64,000 nucleotides of DNA from Enoplolaimus lenunculus (Eukaryota): positions 1 to 64,000 of the forward strand of contig JASANG010002792.1 of assembly GCA_030248215.1 (NCBI GenBank). Reading direction: 5' to 3'. Below are positions 11,501 through 20,600 of this stretch, piece after piece. The notes below the pieces were generated by a model. The model did not search any database, was not told the origin of the DNA, and worked only from the letters and a program-made list of their open reading frames with translations. The first letter of the stretch is position 1. Each line of letters starts with the position of its first letter. Position numbers and translations under genes: made by a program.

Positions 11501-14500
11501 ATGACGCCACAAATGTTACCTGCATTGCAAGTCTACGACAGTGTAACATCGGTTTTGCCCAGCATCGTGTTTCATCCGATTATAATGTATCGAATGGAAG
11601 AATTTAATTCACGTGTGCCAATTAATGAAATGATACGGTCATATGGGAACCAACAAAAAGTACTGAAATATCTTGGTATGGAAGTTGAAGATGGCTCGAT
11701 TCAAGATACAGCACAACGAACTGCAACCGGTATTGTAGAAAAAGGCATGTTCGGATTCTTATCTGGCACTTCGTTTGATGTCGCTCAAATCTGGATATTC
11801 GGCTGCTGCATCTATGTCACGATTACGGCAATACGTAAGGTTTTTCATCATCGCGATTCCATAAGCAAACAGTTCATGTCCGTCTCGCGAAACTTAATCT
11901 CTGTACCAGTAGCGTATGTGGCGAAACGCAGAAACCAGGAGCAGGATCCATACGAACGCACACAGTCCTCATCAACCCTTCCAAATTCAAATAACCAGCG
12001 TGTATCGACTGTGACAGTGGTGGAAGTTGCGGAAAATCCATTTATTAACCCCAGTTTTGCGCCTTACGACCTTTACGGCATCGATAACACATCAACAGTA
12101 GATGGAACAATAAATGTTTTTGTTAACGAAAAATCTTATAGAGCCTTGGTGGACACCGGAGCACAAATCTCACTTGTTTCAAATAAAGCTGCGAATCAAA
12201 TTCTTCAACAGGAAGCCAGCGACAAAACAATTAAAGCTTTTCCGCGCAAAATACGATCAGCGAGTGGACACTTCATGGAAATCAAAGGACTGTTAGAGAC
12301 GGAAGTAAATGTAGGAAAGAAACATTTACAAGCATCACTAGCCGTTGCAGAAGCTATTCCGTACGATATCGTGATTGGCCGTGATCTGTTACGACAGATG
12401 AACAAATTCTCGTTAAATTACTTAGATCAATATATGGACGTTGAGGGACAAAAAATTTCTTTAAATACCGAAGCTGGGTTTAGCGAAGCCGATACTTTGT
12501 TATATCTGTTAGAAACTGTGACAATACCACCGCTAACCGAAGTTGTAGTCCCGGTGCAATCTAGAGGAAAATCAACTGGAATTATTTTGGTCGAACCAAT
12601 TCCGACGATATACGACAAACAGGCGGTTTTAATTGCACCAACGGTAGCTTCTCGATCGGCAGAAAGTGACATTCCTTTACGAGTTCTAAATCCTACGAGA
12701 GCTCCAGTTACTTTGTATCAACGGTCAAATGTTGCCAAATCGATCAGTCTACACCAGCAAGAGATCCAGACGATCAACGATCAACTTTGGTGTTTCAACA
12801 ATGAATCAGATGATATAAATATCAAAAAGTTTGATGAAATCCCACAATTAAAAGACTTAGATGTTAAAGACTGCAGTTTCAACGAATCGGAACTGCTCAG
12901 ATTGAAGCAACTGTTAATGAAATATAAAGATGTTTTTGCCTGTGGCGACAACGATCTTGGTGAAACTGCTCTTTGCTCTCACAAAATTGATACCGGTGAC
13001 GCAAGGCCAATTAAACAATTGCCATACAGAACAGCAGTGTCGCAGCGACCCGAAATTGCGCAGAAAATAAATGAAATGCTCAAATCTGGAGTAATTGAAA
13101 GATCCAATAGCGAATGGTCATCACCAATTGTTCTTGTGCCGAAGAAAGACGGAACCTGGCGATTTTGCGTTGACTATAGAAAACTAAATGCAGTAACAAG
13201 AAAAGACAACTACCCAATGAAACGAATTGACGACATTATTGGATCACTGCATAAAGCTAAATACTTTTGCACGTTGGATTTGCAAAGTGGCTATCATCAA
13301 ATTCCAATGGATCCAAGTAGCAAACATAAAACAGCATTTGTCAGTCATGAAGGGTTATATCAGTTCAACAAACTTCCATTCGGATTGTCAAACGCACCTG
13401 CGACTTTTCAAAGATTGATGGAAGCTGTCTTGCATGGTTTGGATTGGAAAATATGTCTTGTGTATCTCGATGATATTTTAATAATTGGTTCGGACGCTGA
13501 CCAATTATTACAACGTTTGGAAAAGGTGTTCGAACGACTACGAATTGCAGGACTGAAATTGAAAATGAAAAAGTGCCAGTTTGGGCGCAGCACGGTACCG
13601 TTTCTTGGACACGTTATTTCGCCAGAAGGCTTTTATCCGCAGTGTTCGAAGGTAGAAAGGATTATTAATTGGCCTGTACCGACCACTCCAAAACAAGTCC
13701 AGTCGTTTATGGGTTTGGCAAGTTACTACAGAACCTTTGTCTGGGGGTTTTCGAAAATTGCAACTCCGCTTCACGCACTATACAAAAAGAATCGAAAGTT
13801 CGAATGGACTGCGGAATGCCAAATTGCGTTCGATAAATTGAAGCACTTGCTTAGTACAGCACCTGTTCTGGCTTTTCCGGATTTCGATAAAATTTTCACG
13901 ATTCAAACCGACGCTAGCGAACATTCTATTGGAGCAGTACTTAGTCAACATGGCCCTGATGGCAAGGAACACCCCGTCCATTTCGCTAGCCGAACTCTCA
14001 CTAAAACGGAGCAGCGATATCCAACAGTTGAAAAAGAGACGTTGGCCGTAGTATGGGCCATTCGACAGTTTAGGCCTTACGTGTATGGAAGGAAATTTCA
14101 AGTAGTAACCGATCATCAACCACTCAAATGGTTATTGACAGTAAAGGATCCTCACGGAAGACTGTGTCGCTGGAGTTTGATGTTACAAGAATACGATTTT
14201 ACAATCTATCATCGTTCTGGAAGGAAAAATTCAAACGCTGACGCGCTTTCGCGAAGACCAGAGTCGTTAACAGCAGAATTTGTGATAAATGATTCAACAG
14301 AGAAGTGTGAAACTTGTAATAAGCTACTCCAATCGATTAAAGAACATGGTGGTACAAATTTTAACATTACATTTGAAAAATCAGAAGAGGCTTCATTAGG
14401 GCCCAATATTCAAGAATTGCAACAGAATGATCCGTTTATTATTTCGATCAAAGGTAAATTGTTAGACCCGGAAATTAAAGCCGATATTGGCACTGCAGAA

Positions 14501-15790
14501 TACACGTTCATCATCGAAAATGACGTTTTGTTTCGCAAATCGGAATCAAAGCGAAAGAGCATGCAGCTGGTTGTACCGGAAGCTCTTAGAGAACAAGTAT
14601 TGCGAGCGTGTCACGACCACGTCTTAAGTGGACATATGGGAATTCGAAGGACATTGCAAAATATACAGAAGAATTACTATTGGCCAACTTTATACAAGGA
14701 CGTCAAACAATGGTGTGCTAGTTGCATTCCATGTACAACACGTCGAAATCCCCAAATCAAAACAATTCCAGAGCTGCATTCAATACAAGCTGTGTCTCCG
14801 TGGTATCAAGTTTCATCGGATATTGTCGGTCCCCTTCCGCGAACTAGCCGAGGAAATAAATATGTAATCGTGTTTATGGACGCGTTCACAAAATGGGTTG
14901 AATGTTTTCCCATGCCGGATATGAAAACAACGCGGGTCGCACGAATCTTTGTTGAGCAAATCGTTTGTCGTTTTGGTGTACCACATGTTATATTAACTGA
15001 TCAAGGTGCAAATTACACATCTGAATTGTTCCGAAATGTTTGTGAATTTCTGGGCATCCAAAAACTACAAACAACTGCATATCACCCATCTGGAAACGGC
15101 ATGGTCGAAAGATTTAACCAAACCATGGAAAATATGATTAGCAAATACATTAATACAGCACAAACAGATTGGGATAATTTATTACCGTATTTGGCTTTTG
15201 CCTATCGCAACAGCGAACATGAATCAACCGGACAAAGTCCGTTCTTCTAAGATTTTGGACGGGACGCAACGCTACCGCTGGATATCAACCTCGGCAATTT
15301 CAAGCCCACAATCGAGAATACGTACGACGATTATACCTATAACATTGCAAAGAATTTAGATGAGGCATGGACTGTTGCAGCTACTGTGATATCAGCGTCA
15401 CAGGGAAAACAAAAGAAATATCACGATCTGAAATGCGTGAAATCAACAAAAATATTAGAGGGGGACAGAGTATATTTGCACGTACCATACATATCACAAT
15501 GAAAAACTCGTAAATTCGCACGACCGTGGAAAGGTCCATACCGAGTTACAAAGATCACTGAAGACGGTACTGGAGCATACATAGTGCCTCTGACAAAAAC
15601 CACAAAGATGTATGAAAAACGAGTGAATATAAGACGGCTCAAACGCACAACCCATGCTTTTCCTGTGACAAATTCTTCTTCTGAAGCAAAAATATCACTC
15701 CAAGGACCAGATTGTAATGACGAGTTCGCACAAAATCGTTACAATTTGCGCAGCATGGTCCAAAATAATACACTTGAATATAAAAATTAA
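8573..15790 (+). CDS. Gag-Env-Pol polyprotein. The open frame runs to 15250; the same frame continues through nonsense codons at 15248 and 15500 to 15790.
   Basis: Gag capsid-like region (F.GE..EDF.SWL; Q.PGETV..YA..L..LA; QFIAGL) with knuckles CHICKKPGHIAINC (9632) and CEFHQLYGHNTRNC (9689). Then glycoprotein (10160-11833), protease LVDTGA (12152), RT LPFGL/YLDD (13463), RNase H TDAS (13907)..NADALSR, integrase HHCC plus D-D-E (14819/14999/15107), and WKGPY after the stops. Confidence 0.95.
10160..11833 (+). CDS. Envelope glycoprotein domain inside the polyprotein; class III fusogen-like (herpes gB / chuvirus G-like)
   Basis: Hydrophobic signal VTACFLGLIFVMVASVAS|QQ, then a ~520-aa Cys-rich ectodomain with seven N-X-S/T sequons and a basic site LRKR (11000-11011). 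This is followed by the helix SQLAAQLQAL..C and PTLAMRIML....AAR..G.IIEVWPC, then TM VAQIWIFGCCIYVTITAI followed by RK. Confidence 0.82.
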
Positions 15791-15979
15791 ATTGTTGTAA
15801 CCGAGCTTACAACTGATGTTCCAAACACTTATTAATTAACTAGTAAATATCAACGCTACAATCTTAACTTACAAAATTAACGAATGTCAGCACGTCATCA
15901 TAATTTCTTCGAACAGGTGTAATTTTTATCTATTTCATAAAAATTTCAGGTTATGTATTATTTCAAATAATTTTATACG

Positions 15980-16405
15980 ATGGAAAATACTAAACCGCCT
16001 CATAGCGATGGAATAACTGTTATAGAACTTTCAGATAATCAGTCGGTTAACACATTAATTACATTAGATAACGACGGCAACGCTCCTACGATTATTACTG
16101 GTTCTGATAGTTCAAGATCAGCAACACACAGCAAACAAATTAGTTTGAACCAAATGCCAGCAACGTCGAAGAGTTTTTCAATCAATTACAAAAGCTTAAG
16201 TGATCAAGATATCGACAATTTAATCCGAGAACTCTGGAAGGAAAAATCCAAGCGTTTAGCTAAGCGAAATAAATCGTGCAAAATGCGCAAAACAGTATAT
16301 TTTTCAAGCAGATCAAGCCTTGATTGCCATTATAATCAGTCATCCAGCTACAAAGAAAAACGATTCGGTGGTTCTTGTGAAGCGTGGGGTCCACGCCAGT
16401 GGTGA
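15980..16405 (+). CDS. Accessory ORF of the retroelement, 141 aa, unknown function
   Basis: ATG-initiated ORF between integrase and the 3' LTR, with a Ser/Thr-rich N-half and a helical basic segment (LSDQDIDNLIRELWKEKSKRLAKRNK). Confidence 0.5.
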   Translation: MENTKPPHSDGITVIELSDNQSVNTLITLDNDGNAPTIITGSDSSRSATHSKQISLNQMPATSKSFSINYKSLSDQDIDNLIRELWKEKSKRLAKRNKSCKMRKTVYFSSRSSLDCHYNQSSSYKEKRFGGSCEAWGPRQW

Positions 16406-16417
16406 TGGAAAATGATA

Positions 16418-17091
16418 TGGCGAGAATCATGCTAATTCCAATGCAATTCGTTCATAATTGGTACACAATTAATTTCGGATTTCGTTTAATCGCAAATTCC
16501 ATAAAAGACGTTGATATATTTGGTATTCGGTACAATACAATTTCAACATTCCATTCGGTACAATATTATTTTTACATTCCAAGATTCCAACATTTTGTTG
16601 TTTTATTCTGCTAATACCCAGGCGATTAATTATGTATGCAAACAGCTTTTAAACTGTAAATTGCCACATGGTCGGTCGGAATTTGAACGCTACTATTCAT
16701 TATTCGAATCATGCAGACTAATGGTATTTCCACCAATTGTTTTTATCAATTACCATATTATACATTTCGAAATTATGCAATGCAACGAGAGGAAGCTTTA
16801 TAACTATTACCATGGTATTTGCGAAATACAGTTACTTTTTACGGTTCATCTGGATGTTCTATTCAACATACGGATGAGCTTCAAGATAATCGAATGCAAA
16901 TTTTATGGCTAAAAGCGGTATATAAGAACACAGCAATCCAACTTCTGGGGGCATTAATTCTAAAACCACTTTCATCTGGTTTGCAACTTCTGTTTCTACA
17001 CTTCAAGCAAGTGTATTTAGTGGTCTAAAAACAGTTACGGATATATTACAACAGTGCTTTCATTTTCGGATTTGATTCAACATTATTTTTT
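16418..17091 (+). repeat. 3' LTR, truncated at its 3' end
   Basis: Roughly 96% identical (hand estimate) to 7434-8110; similarity stops at a T-run at 17091. Confidence 0.88.
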
Positions 17092-17693
17092 CAAAAGCCG
17101 TTCTTGTTTTGCTCAGAGCCTACCGAACCAAAAATGTGTCTGGTGACACGAGCTTATACGAGGTCCATTCGCTTGGATATAATCCCAATAAAGCTCACGC
17201 ATTCTTTAAGATGTGTTTCGAGCTATCAAAACACTAAATTCTGCCATTATTCCGAAGAGCTAATTGAAGTGACATCTGTACAATTCCTTGATTAAAGCAA
17301 TCCAGAGGTCCGGTGGTGCCAAGCGAGGGTTGTGAAGGCAAGCGCACTCTAGGTCTGGGAGAGGAATTCTTATCCCGAGCAAGGCTTTACTATCGGAACT
17401 AAGCTGACCCTGCAAGTTTCCATCACACTACCATAAACTTGGTTTTGACAAGGATAGGTTGTTTAAACTTAGGTGCCGGGTCCCAACCTTATGTATGCTA
17501 ACATGCTTTGTGATCTTAGAGTTGGAAATCTTGTAATTAATAGTTACAGCAGGAGTCGAGGCTGTTTATTGAATCTTTCCAGAAATTTAGTATACACAAC
17601 TGCCAGTTGCATACTACTATCAGCAGAGTGAAGAAATACACCTTGTTTTCAGTTATTGTTTGATGTTAAACTTAATAAAAAATACTGTTTTAG

Positions 17694-20600
17694 AATATTG
17701 TCGTATTCCTGAAATTGACAACGGAACTGTACTGTTACCGTCAAATCTAAATAAGTACCTGCAACAGAATCATACTTACTTTGTGCGACAAGATGAAAAA
17801 CTTGAAATAAAATGCAAGCCTGGAGTTCAGTTGAACGGAAATAGAATTGTTTATTGCGCTGCGGACGGATCATATTATCCTGTATTACCAAAATGTGGTA
17901 TAGTTTAGTTTAAACTTTAAGCGTGTATTAGGCTCTAATTTAATTTCTACTGTACCTTAATTTACATACAACTATTGTACGACAGTTGATAAACATGCAT
18001 ATAAAACATGGTTTTGCTTGGACTAAAAATCAGGATTGGTATTTTGGATTGGTATTTTGATACAAACACAACCGTTCAGAAAAATATTGACATAATCTTT
18101 TTTTTCCATTTTGTTAACTGATTCAAATTTCAGCCAGTGTCCTGGACTAGCCCTCCGTCAGAAGTTTTTGTGATAAAATGGTAAGGTCCCTTATTATATC
18201 TCCCATCGGAAAATTTATTTGGAAAAAATGTAAGCCATTTACCGTACAGTTTTACCTCTCAGAAATTTATTGTGACAAAATGATAACGTCCCTACCTTAC
18301 AATTTCCCCACTCAGAAAATTTATTCGTGATAAAATGACAAGGTGCCTACCTAACAATGTTTTGCTGTCAATGGCATATATAGCATACAGTAAAAATTGC
18401 ATTTCATAACATTGGACGTCAGAAACTTCTGGATCGGTTTCTTTCTAGCAACCTGGCAATCGCATCGTAGAAACACTGTTCAAATGATAGCTAATTATGA
18501 TTATTATAATGACATAGACGATTTCTGAAAAAATAATTGCATCTATTTTAATTAACCATCGCTAAACATAAGGCCCCATAAATTCTTTATTCATAAACAT
18601 TTTAGGCTAAACCTAAGATTTAGCCATGTTTATTGTTTCAGACCTCTATAAAATAACTTATATCGCTGGGTTTATAATTAAAAATCCAAACCCGTTTACG
18701 CTTGTTTTTTAATTTTAGAACTACGACGTCAAAAACAAGTAAGTTTGATTGACGGCTTTTGTTGAATGCACTCAAGTTACATACGTTCAAATAGTTTTGC
18801 AACTAAGTACGGGTCGGTAACCAGCCAGGAGGGTGCCGGTTGGACTAGACCCATCTACTAGATCTTTTACCCTAAGTACTTTCTCAAATTGTTTTGGGCG
18901 CCTCTTTGCATAGTATGCTGGCTACGGACCTGACTTAGTAAGATTTAGGACGTCTATAAAAAAATAGAACCCGGAAATAAAACATCACTGTTTGGTAAAA
19001 TGGCCTAAGTTTAATTTCCAGAGTCATCCTTAACTTTGGGCAAAACTTCAGACCAGGGCGTGCAGACTGCACTGGATTTTAATACAAAAATTGCGCTTGG
19101 CGTGGTTCGTTAGGTTTAAAACATTAGCAGGACTGTATAAGAAATCGGAAAAATAGCACTAAAGCCACCTTCGGCAGGGTTCAGCATCAGATTCCGCATC
19201 AGGCAAGCAAGTATGTTTCACTAAGCTTTTGTTTTTTGAGACGTTTTCGTTAAATTTAAGCATTCCTAATTATTTTGAGGGCGCTACTTCACCGCTGGTC
19301 AATGGAATGGAAAGGCTGCAATAGGCAGAGAGATACCTTCAGTGTGTACACTACATTTCGTATCAGATTTCAAGACAGTAATCAAGTCGTTAATACCGGT
19401 TAAAATTTTTTATTAGGTTATTGGTCTAAAAACATGTCGTACAATGCGTATTTCATGAATCTATTCAGCCCCCTAAATATCTAAATATTTTATACGAGAA
19501 TAACGCCGCGCCTAATATGAATCTTCATCAAGATTTCCTGACAAATACTTACTAGTTTATACGACCGTTTATTTAAACACGTTTCAAGCTGAAAAATTAC
19601 TTCGAACGATGCTCATAGTACGTATGTTGGACGATTCAGCTCAATTTATATGTGAATTCTAACTGTCATTAAATATAATTTTTACAGAAACCTCATAATT
19701 CACTTGCTATTGCTGTATTGAACGCCGTTCAAAAGTTGGGTTGCACTTGGTTGGTTATAATCCTGTCGTGTTGCTTGGTCAGCTTTATAATTCTGCGGTA
19801 ATACCTGAATTGTCAGAATTTTGTGTTAGATGTAAAATATATGATGATTGCAAGCACAGAAAAACATTGCACTTGTTGCAAACGAATAAATCGTGGACGC
19901 AAAATTTTAAATTAGCATAAAATTTTTGGCCCATGTCACCTTGGCTTTTGTACAGATCCCACCCACAGGCTTAGCGTTTTAGGTTAAGAAAGAGGCTTAC
20001 TTAAACCGAAGCCTAAGCTTTGGCCTTTACCTAAGACTAAATTCGAATCTAAGCCTAAGCCTAAGCGTAAACCTTATATGTGGATGAAGGTGTACAAAAG
20101 ACGTTTACGTTTAGGAATATAACAGCAGGCTAAGCATATTTTTAAGCCTACTGCCTGAGTCTCATCGCAAAGATAAGTCTAAAACTATTAGCTCAAGCAA
20201 AGAAATTGATTTAAATTGCAAGAGTAATTTACGGCAGTGTGCGACAAAACGTACGTCTCCTGAAAGTAAAATTGTCCGATGTTTTTTTGCCAGTTTACAG
20301 GTCGTTTTCGATCGCTCGAACAATTCATATGGGTGAAGAATTGTCTCTGCTTCTAGCACATGTACTCATTTGGATAGCAGTTGACTTAACAGTACGATTT
20401 GCGAATGCTGTCTTTTGATTTGTTTTTATAAACATAATTAAAAATTTTATGTTTTGAATGCAATTACACTGCAAAAAATGGTGAGTCAAATTGACTCTCT
20501 CCGAAATAGGCTTTTCGGGACTACACGAACTGTGTCAAATTCGACTATGCCAGAGTCAAACGTGCGACTCAGAACATTGAATTTGACTCTTGCGGTGTCG

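Larger units (their letters stand above)
7434..17091 (+). mobile_element. Ty3/Gypsy (Metaviridae-type) LTR retrotransposon / endogenous virus with env between gag and pol
   Basis: Direct repeats 7434-8110 and 16418-17091, a PBS at 8321, and the domain order PR-RT-RH-INT with a GPY motif. Confidence 0.95.

Noticed and set aside
17694..17897. Sushi exon as part of the serine protease (complement factor B/MASP-like)
   Set aside because: It is on the opposite strand and splices in phase to the downstream 7TM exons.
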